In this document: positions 1 through 10,200 of the stretch, piece by piece
Position numbering within the stretch: position 1 is the stretch's first letter
How the letters are laid out: each line of letters starts with the position of its first letter
Source: a virus
DNA length: 64,000 bases
Virus record (IMG/VR): IMGVR_UViG_3300037502_002960
Location: 1 to 64,000 of that record
Reading direction: 5' to 3' (one strand)
Made by a program: the position numbers and the translations under genes
Notes under the pieces: generated by a model
Database searches by the model: none
Told to the model about the DNA's origin: nothing
The model's input: only the letters and a program-made list of their open reading frames with translations

Positions 1-1622
1 ACATTATCATACAACGGTGACCAATTATAATCACTCGCTGTATTACTTTCCGTGGCGGTGGTTTTATTCCAAGCTAGACCTAAGTAGCGTTTACCTGTCG
101 GACTGTCACTCATACCACTACCGTTTTCATCATCAGCATACTTTATCCACGTATAAGTCGTTTGACCGTCAGCACCATCTTGACCTGCTACACCATCTTC
201 GCCTTTAATTTTAGACCATGTATAATCTGAATAGGTCGATGATTCCGTCTGCGTTGTCTTATTGTTAGCAATACCAATGTACTCTTTACCATCGGGCGTA
301 TCACTCATACCACTGGTAGGGGTATCAGCGTATTTTACCCACGTGTAAAGGGATTGACCATCAGCTCCAGCAGGACCTTGAACACCTTGAGGACCCGTAT
401 CACCCTTATCACCTTTATCACCAGATACAGAAACAGGGTTTGTATAAGCTGTTCCGCTAGGGTTTGCATATGTAATCTTACTTCTAGTCCATATATACTT
501 TCCTTGTTGCCAAGTTGGTACAGTAGTAGACCAAGAACCCCCAGATAAACTTGTTGGGGATGTCGAATGGTAATATTCTTCAATAATATTTGAAATTGAA
601 CGACCATCGCTTCCGTCTAAGCCATCGCTACCATCTAATCCTTTTGCACCCGTTATATTAACTGGGTCACTATATGTTATAGTCCCATCCTTTGTAACTT
701 TTTTTGTTCTACTCCAAACATAATGGTTTTCCAGCCACTCTGGAGATGTAGTTGACCATCCACTTGTAGGTGGAGTGATAGAGGATAAGTTTACAGCATA
801 TTCTACATCAACGTTAACAATGACGCTTGACACTGACGTGTCTGTATAATCTTTTGCATTTTGTTCCGTTGTAGTCAAATCAGAGGTATACTTTGTTGAA
901 CTTGTTACAGTTGAAATAATTGAATCATCTGTAATTTTCTGTTCAGCATTTGTAATCCTTTGATTTTGGTTTGCCAGTTCACCATCAATTTCATCATTTT
1001 TTTCTTTTATCTTTAGTGCTGTTTTTTCTGATAGGCTTTCAAGTGCAACATAATATTGCAACCAGTAATTTCTAAATGTATCTTTTACTACAGTTATATT
1101 TAAATTGTTGTTTGAACTACTTGTGTCCCAAGGTGAAATTGGTGTTAACCCATCTAAATAAGATTTTAAATCATTATATGTATTTGTTAAAGCTATATAG
1201 GACGTATCGCTTGTTGACAAACCAACATTCAATGCAGATTTTCTAACAGACCAAAACTTACCTTTACTACTAGAGTCTAAAGTCGAAACAGTTGGCAATG
1301 TTGTAGTCACATTGTCCAAAACAAAACCAATAATTTCAGTTAACCTATCCTTTATAATTTGTCTTTCATTAAAATCTATTAAATTATCATTAGCAATATT
1401 TCCCAATGTCTCTTGTATCTCTGTTATCTTCACGCTTAAATCTGGGTCAAGCTCGCCCACTTCAACCCAAGTAGAACCGTTCCACTTTTTAACCATATTT
1501 GGTGTGGTTGAAGAGTCTATCCATATTGTACCATTACTTGGATTAGTAGGTTCAACATCGCTTGCCCAAGCATCATTCAAATCTAACAACGATAAAGAGC
1601 CTGTTGCTATCGTTTGTCCCAT
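1..1622 (-). CDS. Tail fibre / host-specificity protein with collagen-like repeats (runs off the left window edge)
   Basis: Open frame from ATG at 1622 (MGQTIATGSLSLLDLND...) to the edge. Contains GDKGDKGDTGPQGVQGPAGADG repeats and YTW(V/I)KYAD..YTWSKIKG modules typical of Firmicutes siphophage receptor-binding proteins. Absent from the ORF track because it has no stop in the window. Confidence 0.8.
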   Translation of the reverse strand, partial: MGQTIATGSLSLLDLNDAWASDVEPTNPSNGTIWIDSSTTPNMVKKWNGSTWVEVGELDPDLSVKITEIQETLGNIANDNLIDFNERQIIKDRLTEIIGFVLDNVTTTLPTVSTLDSSSKGKFWSVRKSALNVGLSTSDTSYIALTNTYNDLKSYLDGLTPISPWDTSSSNNNLNITVVKDTFRNYWLQYYVALESLSEKTALKIKEKNDEIDGELANQNQRITNAEQKITDDSIISTVTSSTKYTSDLTTTEQNAKDYTDTSVSSVIVNVDVEYAVNLSSITPPTSGWSTTSPEWLENHYVWSRTKKVTKDGTITYSDPVNITGAKGLDGSDGLDGSDGRSISNIIEEYYHSTSPTSLSGGSWSTTVPTWQQGKYIWTRSKITYANPSGTAYTNPVSVSGDKGDKGDTGPQGVQGPAGADGQSLYTWVKYADTPTSGMSDTPDGKEYIGIANNKTTQTESSTYSDYTWSKIKGEDGVAGQDGADGQTTYTWIKYADDENGSGMSDSPTGKRYLGLAWNKTTATESNTASDYNWSPLYDN

Positions 1623-1646
1623 TATTTAGCACTCCTTTTTCATAAT

Positions 1647-1673
1647 AAAAGAGCCACTTAAAATAGCTCTTTT
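1647..1673 (-). terminator. Hairpin, putative intrinsic terminator
   Basis: AAAAGAGC-cacttaaaata-GCTCTTTT inverted repeat with flanking A/T tracts. Confidence 0.5.
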
Positions 1674-1691
1674 ATTATTTTCCCTTATTAA

Positions 1692-1720
1692 ATTATACCA
1701 TAATTATTATAATATGTCAA
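1692..1720 (-). promoter_or_regulatory. SigmaA-type promoter for the distal tail fibre gene
   Basis: Minus strand reads TTGACA-N17-TATAAT with TG extension. Confidence 0.7.
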
Positions 1721-1736
1721 ATTATGTGATATTTTA

Positions 1737-3206
1737 TTATTTTGATACATCACAAACTAAACTTGCTCTCACTTCAATATCACTGGCGTTTACAGTGATA
1801 GTTTTTCCTGTTGGGCTACCAAATGCGCTTATTAAAGTATTGGTTGAATTATATAATGACCAAGTATAGGTGTACTCTGTACCGCCACTATCAATTTCAG
1901 CACCGTTTCTGAAAAGTTTTGCTGTAAAATTAGAACTTCCTTGCCCATTTTTAAAAGTGCTAACACCATTAACCACAACAAGTATTGGGTCGCTAACATC
2001 AGTCATCGTGCATACGTCTTGATATTTGTTTCCGTCATATGTAACCACACATTTAAAAGATTCAACACTAGGTATTGCACTTGCAGGTACAGTTAATGTC
2101 TTAGTTGTATATCCAGTTGTTCCTATGTTATAAGTTGAAGTCAACTTTCTCCAACCATTACCACCGTCGATATCTCCACCGCTAGAGGTCGTTGCTGTTG
2201 GGTCTTGGACATACCATTTAAATGCGGTTCCGTTTACCTGTGACGAGCCTTTGTATAACGTAACTTCAGCAGTTAATGTACCTTCTTCATTTTTAATAAT
2301 ATTACCGTTTGGCGTCCAAACCATTGCAACAACAGAATCTTCGCCCTTGTCTCCTTTTGTTTTGTTCCATGTATAGTCGGCAGGAGTTAAGCTATCAGCT
2401 TGAGTAAAATCTACGTACGTACCAATCCAGTCGCCAACATCTTCACCATTATTACCTGTAAAGGTAGAACCACCATCATTAGAGTATTTTATATGCAGAT
2501 AGCTTGTTTGACCATCCGTACCGTTTTCACCAGCAATACCGTCTTCACCTTTAATTAAACTCCAGCTATAAGATGTATTGCTCGTTGGAGCACTAGCTGT
2601 TTGGGTAGTTGCAGTACCAATATATATAGCACCAGCAGGATTTGTTGTCATCCCGCTACCATCAGAGTTTTGACTATATCTTATCCATAGATATGAACTA
2701 GTCCCATCTGCACCATCTTGACCATCAAAGTAATCAGTGCCTTTTACTGGAGTGTAACCATCTTGACCTTTTTCACCATTAGAAACTTTTACAAGTTCAA
2801 TATCTGATTTTGTTGTAATATCAAACCCAGTCGAGGGGTCTGTGTAAACAATTTCACAAACATAAGCCATAGAGTTGTTTGAAGTCAAAACGTTTGAAGA
2901 TATTACTAGATTTGTTCCCAGCGTATAAGTTGAATCACTCACTGTGATTTCCGTTAGAGTTCCACCACCATTTACTTGGTAATACCACTTTATAGATTTT
3001 GCATCACCTATAATATTTGTGTTTGTTCCAGCTATAAAAAGCTGAGGTGTTAAAGTTTGATTACTTACACTGTAGTTTGGTGTGTAACTATTGTCGTTTG
3101 GGTTGTGAATAACTGTTTTTGATTGACTAGCACCTATATAAGAAACTATTTGCTTTGAATCATTTAAGTCTGTAATTGTCATTTGACCAGAACTTACTAT
3201 TGCCAT
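1737..3206 (-). CDS. Tail fibre / baseplate-associated protein with collagen-like and Ig-like segments
   Basis: 489 aa; GEKGQDG/GQDGADG repeats, YLHIKYSNDGG..YTWNK module; lies at the end of the tail module. Confidence 0.75.
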   Translation of the reverse strand: MAIVSSGQMTITDLNDSKQIVSYIGASQSKTVIHNPNDNSYTPNYSVSNQTLTPQLFIAGTNTNIIGDAKSIKWYYQVNGGGTLTEITVSDSTYTLGTNLVISSNVLTSNNSMAYVCEIVYTDPSTGFDITTKSDIELVKVSNGEKGQDGYTPVKGTDYFDGQDGADGTSSYLWIRYSQNSDGSGMTTNPAGAIYIGTATTQTASAPTSNTSYSWSLIKGEDGIAGENGTDGQTSYLHIKYSNDGGSTFTGNNGEDVGDWIGTYVDFTQADSLTPADYTWNKTKGDKGEDSVVAMVWTPNGNIIKNEEGTLTAEVTLYKGSSQVNGTAFKWYVQDPTATTSSGGDIDGGNGWRKLTSTYNIGTTGYTTKTLTVPASAIPSVESFKCVVTYDGNKYQDVCTMTDVSDPILVVVNGVSTFKNGQGSSNFTAKLFRNGAEIDSGGTEYTYTWSLYNSTNTLISAFGSPTGKTITVNASDIEVRASLVCDVSK

Positions 3207-3221
3207 GTTAACTCTCTCCTT

Positions 3222-5897
3222 TTATTTCACTATATCTATATCACAAGAAAATGTTGCTCTTTTGTCAATGTCACTTCCGTCAATTGTAATCGTATTTCCA
3301 ACTCCCACATGTTCGTTGTTCCAAACTGTATCGACCGTCCCGTCACTGTTAACCTTATTCCATATAAAACTGGTTGTTGGTAATGTGTTGGTAATGTTAT
3401 CCTTTCCCCTGTATACCTTAGCTGTTATAGTTGTATTAATAATATTATTTTTAAATGTAAGACCGTTAGAAGATATTAACTCAACCTTCCAAACAACATC
3501 ATTTTCTACCTCATCTATTCTGCTGTTAGCTTCATCATTCAGAACTTTTGCCTGTTTTTCTATTAATGAATCAATCTCAATTTGCGAGTGAGTAAAGTTA
3601 TTCAAGGCAGTGTCATATTCAGATTTAACTATTAAAGTTGTTTTTGACATGTTTTGAGCATCAAGTAGTGTATATCCATCTTCTTGTAAATTAACATATA
3701 AATAATCATACAGCGATTGGTAGTTATTCTTATAATCAACTACAGATTGAATGCTGTTCCCACCATCTGTAAAAAATGTGTTTAATTTATCAATTGTATA
3801 TGAATATGTTGGCTCATATTGATTATTCCAATAATTTAATAGCGTCCTTTTTTCATATGACGTAACAAAATTATCATCACTAAGCTCTTCGGTAAATCTT
3901 GTTGCGCTCTGCCAATCATCTTTTAAGTTTCCACCAGATGAACTTCTCACAATGAAAGAATCTGCTTCTATAACAACACCGCTATTATCAAATGTGAATG
4001 AGCCATTTTGGTTTGTTATTAAAAGATTTTCCCCAGCAATTACTCTACCAAGCAATCTCTCTGCTACAACGCCATCTGGAGTAATAGCTGTTTGCCAGTT
4101 TTCTCCGCCATCTTTGGACAGTGCCAGCACACCACTTTGCATAATAATTACTTCATTTGGGAAATCTGGGTTTTGTATAATAATACCACGATTTGACATC
4201 TCGACACTGTTATTTACCCCAGCAATAATTTTATTTTTTGTGGCGTCCCAAGCATTTTGTATAATAGAAAGAACATCATTTTCAACTTTGTTAACCTTAT
4301 CCCATTTATGTTTGTTAACCTCTAATACTGTTGTTGCGCTAGTATTTTTGTAAATTACCTGTTGCAACTTTTCCATATCATCTAAGAGTTCTCTAGTGTT
4401 TGCCACGATAAGGTTTGCCGTTCCTTCTTCAAAATCAAACTCTATTTCTACTATAGTAGCCATATAATCAAGGTTCATTTGTGGATATCTTACTTTGATT
4501 CTATCCCCAACAACAAGCTTATCCCAATAATATTGCTCTTCTACAACATTCATAAGGTTGTCCATAGAAACATCTAACACAATCTTTGGCTCTCTTATCT
4601 TTGTAAACTCTCTTAAGCCATCATCATACAATTCTTGTTCATCTATATATCTATCGTCTCTCCACGTTTTTTCAATTATGTAAAACTCAAGTTCCTCAAT
4701 TAATTCTTGGGTAAAATTAGATTCCTTAGAAATTGTATTGTAAAGTGTATCTAATTCTGATACAACAGTATCAATTTCTTGCTGTAGAGTCAAAATTTCA
4801 CCTTTTTTATTGTTTACTTCTTGTTGCTTTAAGTCTCTTTCGGATTCTCTTTGCGTTATCAAGGCTGTATCATTTGTTGATTTTGCAATATCTAGTAAAC
4901 CTAGTATATTTTCTAGTTCTCCTTCTAACAGCATCAAATCGGATTCCAGAACAATCATGCTAGAACGTTTTGTAGCTAAAAGGTTTTGTTTGTCTTTTAT
5001 TGTTTGAGCGTTTTCACCAACAGACTTATTGTGGTCAAGTATAGCATGACACAAGTCATCAGACATATAATAAGAACTTTTTACTACTTCTTTTGTTACC
5101 TCATCTCTTTCAAATGGATACATAAAGTAAGAAAAGTCTTCTATGTATCTTTGCCCTGTAGGATTAACATTGTTTATACTTAGACCGTCGTCACCCTCAA
5201 TGTATAACCTTGTTACCATTTCATCTGTTGTTCTCGTTTTTCTTATGGTTTTTAATAATCTGCCATAGTTAACCGTTAAGCCACGAAACTTACCATAAGC
5301 ATCTGGGTCTTTTAAAGAAACAGACTTATTTTCTGTATCCCAAACAATAAGACCACCGAAAGCTTCAGCAACGTTATTTAGAGACTCCATTCTTGTTGAA
5401 TCTGATGAACTAACATCGTTCATGGAACGATACATATGGTCAAACATTGTATCGACTTCACCCAAAGCAAACTCTGTTCCTGTCAAGACATGTGTTAAAG
5501 CTTGAGTGCCGTTGTACGTCATATCTTCTTCAAAAATAACAGACTCTTTATCTTTAAGGATATTACCATAAGAATAACAAGAAACAGTAAACGTGTCTGT
5601 ATCTCCACCATCTTCCTGTATAGAGTCAACTATAAACCACTCTTTGTAAGCCCCAAAAGTTAGTTTTATCAACATTTTCTCTTTTATTAAATGTGTATCT
5701 TTATTATCTATTAAAATACTCTCTTCGCTATCCACCTTATATGGTATCGAGAATGTCAACTCATTTACTGAACCAAGTTTAAATTTGGCTGAATCAGAAA
5801 ACTTTTCTGTAATAACTCCAATCACAGTTCTATTAGGTTTAGCCAAATGTAACTTGGCATTCTTTATTTTTTTATTATAATCAATATCTACGAACAA
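3222..5897 (-). CDS. Tail hub / prophage tail endopeptidase-like protein (SPbeta YomG-like)
   Basis: 891 aa; TRLYIEGDDGLSINNVNPTGQRYIEDFSYFM motif, coiled-coil middle; downstream of the distal tail gene. Confidence 0.75.
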   Translation of the reverse strand: MFVDIDYNKKIKNAKLHLAKPNRTVIGVITEKFSDSAKFKLGSVNELTFSIPYKVDSEESILIDNKDTHLIKEKMLIKLTFGAYKEWFIVDSIQEDGGDTDTFTVSCYSYGNILKDKESVIFEEDMTYNGTQALTHVLTGTEFALGEVDTMFDHMYRSMNDVSSSDSTRMESLNNVAEAFGGLIVWDTENKSVSLKDPDAYGKFRGLTVNYGRLLKTIRKTRTTDEMVTRLYIEGDDGLSINNVNPTGQRYIEDFSYFMYPFERDEVTKEVVKSSYYMSDDLCHAILDHNKSVGENAQTIKDKQNLLATKRSSMIVLESDLMLLEGELENILGLLDIAKSTNDTALITQRESERDLKQQEVNNKKGEILTLQQEIDTVVSELDTLYNTISKESNFTQELIEELEFYIIEKTWRDDRYIDEQELYDDGLREFTKIREPKIVLDVSMDNLMNVVEEQYYWDKLVVGDRIKVRYPQMNLDYMATIVEIEFDFEEGTANLIVANTRELLDDMEKLQQVIYKNTSATTVLEVNKHKWDKVNKVENDVLSIIQNAWDATKNKIIAGVNNSVEMSNRGIIIQNPDFPNEVIIMQSGVLALSKDGGENWQTAITPDGVVAERLLGRVIAGENLLITNQNGSFTFDNSGVVIEADSFIVRSSSGGNLKDDWQSATRFTEELSDDNFVTSYEKRTLLNYWNNQYEPTYSYTIDKLNTFFTDGGNSIQSVVDYKNNYQSLYDYLYVNLQEDGYTLLDAQNMSKTTLIVKSEYDTALNNFTHSQIEIDSLIEKQAKVLNDEANSRIDEVENDVVWKVELISSNGLTFKNNIINTTITAKVYRGKDNITNTLPTTSFIWNKVNSDGTVDTVWNNEHVGVGNTITIDGSDIDKRATFSCDIDIVK

Positions 5898-5899
5898 TC

Positions 5900-6397
5900 T
5901 TACTCCCCCTTTTTCTCAAAATCGTACGACTCTAATAATTCTTTAGGTGTTACGTTTACCAAATTGTCATAATTTTTTCTTTTTATACCAGACTTGAAAA
6001 GAACTATATCTATCAGTTCACTACATATAAGCCTGTTGTAATTGTTTGAAAAATTTTTAAACTTAATATTGAATATTAACGATAAAGCCAAAGATAATAC
6101 TTGTTTATAGTCATACTTTTTGCCCAATTCTTTATAGGCATTGTCTAATATTCTATATTTATGTTCACTGGATAAATTTTTAATATAATAGATTTCATGT
6201 ATATTATTGTCTATTCTTAGATTTGTTAGCCTAGTATTTACAAACCTATCAGATTCTATTATAACAGCCTCTTTTAACAGTTCGTTATACGCTACAATCA
6301 TACCAACATGAGTATATTCACTTTTTGTCAATTTTGATATAATTAGGGATATGAAAGATTCTTTGTTTTTTTTAAAAAAAACTACACTTCCTATCAT
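5900..6397 (-). CDS. Permuted papain-like (YiiX/YebB, NlpC/P60) amidase
   Basis: 165 aa; SEYTHVG (His) precedes LGKKYD and LICSELI (Cys), the permuted catalytic order. Confidence 0.8.
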   Translation of the reverse strand: MIGSVVFFKKNKESFISLIISKLTKSEYTHVGMIVAYNELLKEAVIIESDRFVNTRLTNLRIDNNIHEIYYIKNLSSEHKYRILDNAYKELGKKYDYKQVLSLALSLIFNIKFKNFSNNYNRLICSELIDIVLFKSGIKRKNYDNLVNVTPKELLESYDFEKKGE

Positions 6398-6419
6398 TTT
6401 TTCACCCCTTATTAGTAAT

Positions 6420-6448
6420 ATTATACCATTAATTTTAATTTATGTCAA
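6420..6448 (-). promoter_or_regulatory. SigmaA-type promoter upstream of the permuted amidase
   Basis: Minus strand TTGACA-N17-TATAAT. Confidence 0.7.
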
Positions 6449-6459
6449 ATATTACAATA

Positions 6460-7233
6460 TTAAAATCTATATTTTTCTCTGTATCTGAAAGTTATTTCAC
6501 AAGTTCCCTCTATAAAAAAGTCGTTATTGCCAACCTTCATTTCTAGGTCGTGAAAATCACCAATGATATTGTCATATCTATAAACACCAACAATATCAGT
6601 CTCTATCATTTCTTTTTCTGAATTTATATATATGTCTTCTTGGTCTGTTAGGTCTCTAATTTCAAAAATTTCAGAATCTTTAGTAATAGTTATATTGCCT
6701 ATACCGATTTTCTTTATAGATAATTCTGGGTATACAGACGTGTGCCCATCGTTCATAATCGATATCGTATATCCGTTAACATTTGTACTTAGGTCATAAG
6801 GTTCTGTAATCACTAGTGGTGATTCAAATTTTGATGATTTTGTTCTCATCGTAATTTGTAAATAACCCTCTTTTAAACCATTGTGAACAATTCTTGAATC
6901 ACCTACAGGCATACAGTGCATTATTTTGTCTGGGCTATTCTTCATACTCATCGGTCTATAATACCCCTTGTACAACCATCTGATTATGTTATCAAGTTTG
7001 AAATTATCAAAACCTTTATCAAAAGCTAAGTACATTTCAAATTCTCTTGGTGATTCATCTAGGCTGTGAAACATAGGTTCATCAGAACCTTTTACAGATG
7101 TTTCGTTTATTGCTATCCCAGAAACAAATTGTTCATCATACATTCCACTACCAATCATCACATTCTTTATGCCATAATCTTCAGAATATTCACCATCATA
7201 AAAGAATCCTATACTGTCATTAATAGTTCCCAT
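6460..7233 (-). CDS. Distal tail protein (Dit, YomH-like)
   Basis: 257 aa right after the tape measure; FFYDGEYSEDYGI N-terminus and GNNDFFIEG C-terminus typical of Dit. Confidence 0.75.
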   Translation of the reverse strand: MGTINDSIGFFYDGEYSEDYGIKNVMIGSGMYDEQFVSGIAINETSVKGSDEPMFHSLDESPREFEMYLAFDKGFDNFKLDNIIRWLYKGYYRPMSMKNSPDKIMHCMPVGDSRIVHNGLKEGYLQITMRTKSSKFESPLVITEPYDLSTNVNGYTISIMNDGHTSVYPELSIKKIGIGNITITKDSEIFEIRDLTDQEDIYINSEKEMIETDIVGVYRYDNIIGDFHDLEMKVGNNDFFIEGTCEITFRYREKYRF

Positions 7234-7264
7234 TTCTTCACCCCTTTAAAAAGAAGGAGCGGAA

Positions 7265-10200
7265 TTATCTCCCGCTCTTTTTAACCTCTTTGAGTATTTC
7301 TCTTGCGATATTTTTCTCGCTCTTTTTATCTGCACCATGCACATTAACAATAATGTCACCATATGTTACCGTAGAAATCGAACCTGCTGTCTGAAGTTTA
7401 TCCATGTGATTTGATGTTGAAACCTTAGGCAGTATGTTCTTAACTTTATCCATAATCTTTGCCGTGTCTAGTATGTTTTTAGTTTGATTTTCGTTTAAAA
7501 CAAGTTCTTTCTTATGTAACATAGCAATTCTGCCATCATCTCCAGCCCATTCGCCTGTGTAACCTCCACTCCTAAATGGAATTAAGAGTTTCTTACCAAC
7601 TTGTAATCTTCTAGGGTCTATCTTCGAGTTGGCTTCGGCTATTTTCTTCCATTGCAAAGAGTTACCATAGTATTTATTGGCTAAATCCCACATAGTATCA
7701 CCCTTTTTAATAGTATGGTATCTAGGTGATGGAGCAGGCTTAGGTTTACTAGAACTGCTTGAGCCACTAGAGCCAGTAGAGGATTTTGCTGTTGTTTGAG
7801 ACGGTTTTGAAGCTGTTGAACCAGAACCAGTGTAAGCTTTGTATTTGACTTCTTCAGCATCTCTTATGTTTTTAAGAATTCCTTCGAGTTCAAATGTTAA
7901 ATTTTTAACGTCCAAGTTGAACATGTTTTCAAACTCTTTCTTAATTTCACTAGAAAGATTAGCAAAGTTCTCACCAATACTATTGAAATTACCGTTAGCC
8001 ATCTCTTCTAATCTTTGATTCATAGTTTCTAATTCACCATTTAATGTTGAGAAGTTACCCTGGATAAACTGATTTCTCATTTCGCTCCAACGCTGTTCAT
8101 CGTTTATCATTTTCTCATAGAAAGCATTTACTGCAATTGATTCCTGTTCTAGCTTTTCTAACTTACTGTTGTAAGACGCTTCTTCAAAAGCTTTTTCTGT
8201 TTCAAATTTAGCAATTTGCTCTTCTCTTTGAGTGTTTATAGACTGTATGAAAAGCTCATCTTGTCTATTTTTTGTCATATCAACAATTTCTGCGTTTAAA
8301 TTTGTTAATTCTGTTTGCATTTCTGCAAGCTTTTTGCGCCCCTCTAAAGATGTATCACGAGATAAAATGGAGATTTTATTTGTTAAATCGGCTTTCTTTG
8401 CGTTCTTTTCGTTAAGTTGTTCTTTAAATTCTTCTTCATTTTTCTCTTGGTCAATTTTCTTAAGTTTTTCATCATAGACGGCATTTATTTTACTAATTTC
8501 TTCATCGTACTTATCCATCTTACTTTTATGAGCTTTTTCAAGCTCTTTTCTTTCAAAGTCGATTGCTTGTTGAGCCATAGTTTGCATTTGACTGTAATAA
8601 CTTTTAAGCTTTTCAATACCTCTATCAGCCACAGAGCCTCTGACATCTAAAATGTTTTTCTCTGCATTTAGTACAGAAATAGTTATATCTTCTAGCGACT
8701 CTTTTGCGTCTCTAAGTTTTTCCTCGACGTTTTTAGCCTCTTTAGATGATTTTCCATATTTTTTGACGGCATCATTATACATTTTTTGTAAATCACTAAC
8801 CATGTTCTTTGTGGTCGCCTGTTCTTTTCTAAGACTATTGGCTCTTTCTCCCAACAAGCTTAGTTCTTTTTTAATGTTATCTGGGTCAACAAGTCCAGCT
8901 ACCTCAATCTCGAATTCAATGTCATCTGTTTTGTCCTTGATGCCAGTTACAATTTTTTCATAATTTGTTGTGATTTCTGCAACCCAATCCTCGAACATCT
9001 GCGTTGTCTTTTCTTTAATTGAGTTGGTTACATCAATGACTTCTTTTTCTAAACTTTGAATTTTGCTAATATTTGATTCGTATTCTCTCATCAAATCATT
9101 ATATTTATCCCTTTGAGCTTTGGTGTGTTTACTTGTATTCTTAAGCGATGATAATTGTCTCTCTATAGCTTTTTGTCTGTTTTTAGTGTTAGACAAATCT
9201 TTCTTTTGAACGGCTAATAATCTTTGTTCTTCCGTAACAACCTGTTTAAGAGCGTTTCTGTATTTTAATGTTCCTTCGGTCATCGCATTCATTCTTGCTT
9301 CTATTTTACCTATATTACTATTTAGTGCACTAGCTTGTCTTTCCTCTTTATTGTAAGTAAATAAATCGGACAGCTCGTCTGCATAGGCAGAGAATTGGTA
9401 ATCACCATCTAAGTTTGTACCACCAACATAGACTGATTGTGATATAGTACCACTTGTTCCAGAACCTCCAGAACCACTAGTACCACTCTCACCGCTCAAA
9501 GCTCCTACAGAACCAGATTCTTGACCTATTCCACGTCCCATAAAGAAGTTTCTTATGCCACCAAATACCCCAGTTGAAGGTGTAGATGGGACTCTGTTTC
9601 CAGCAGATATAGCCCTGTTAGCTTTGGTAATATAAGTATCTAACGTTGACATAGCGTTTCTAGCTGATGTATTCATATTTATCACAGCAGTTTTAGCATC
9701 GTTTGCTGAACGTCTTATTTTATCTATGACATTTACCTGCTGTTTATGCTTGGTTATCATAGAGTTTGTATTTCTAGATACTCCAGATTTCATATCTTCA
9801 AAAGATTTTGAGCTTTTATCAGCCATATCATTGAATTTATCTCTAAAATTAACAATCTTCTCTACGTCAAGCTTTTCCAAAGATTTTTTAAGGTCTTTTA
9901 CTTTATCATCAGCCTTTTCAACTGAATCTTTAAGTTTGTCGATACCTTTTCTGTCAATTCTACTAGCTAAATTTTTAATATCTTTGAGAGCATCTTCTAA
10001 ATCATTTACAGCACTTTGTGCATTAATAGCACTCTCTCTTAATTCATCTATATCTCCTTTTGAATCAGAAAACAGCGAAGCAACAGAATCTAGAATGTTG
10101 CTAAACATATCTTTTAATGCCGTACCAATTTCCTCTAGTTTGCTAACTTTACCTTCTATTTGACCAAAAGTTCTATCTAAATCTTCTAGAGAAAGTTTTG

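Noticed and set aside
1-3206. Diversity-generating retroelement or invertible tail-fibre cassette
   Set aside because: No reverse transcriptase, no adenine-specific repeat pair and no flanking inversion sites seen; similarities are ordinary collagen-module repeats.
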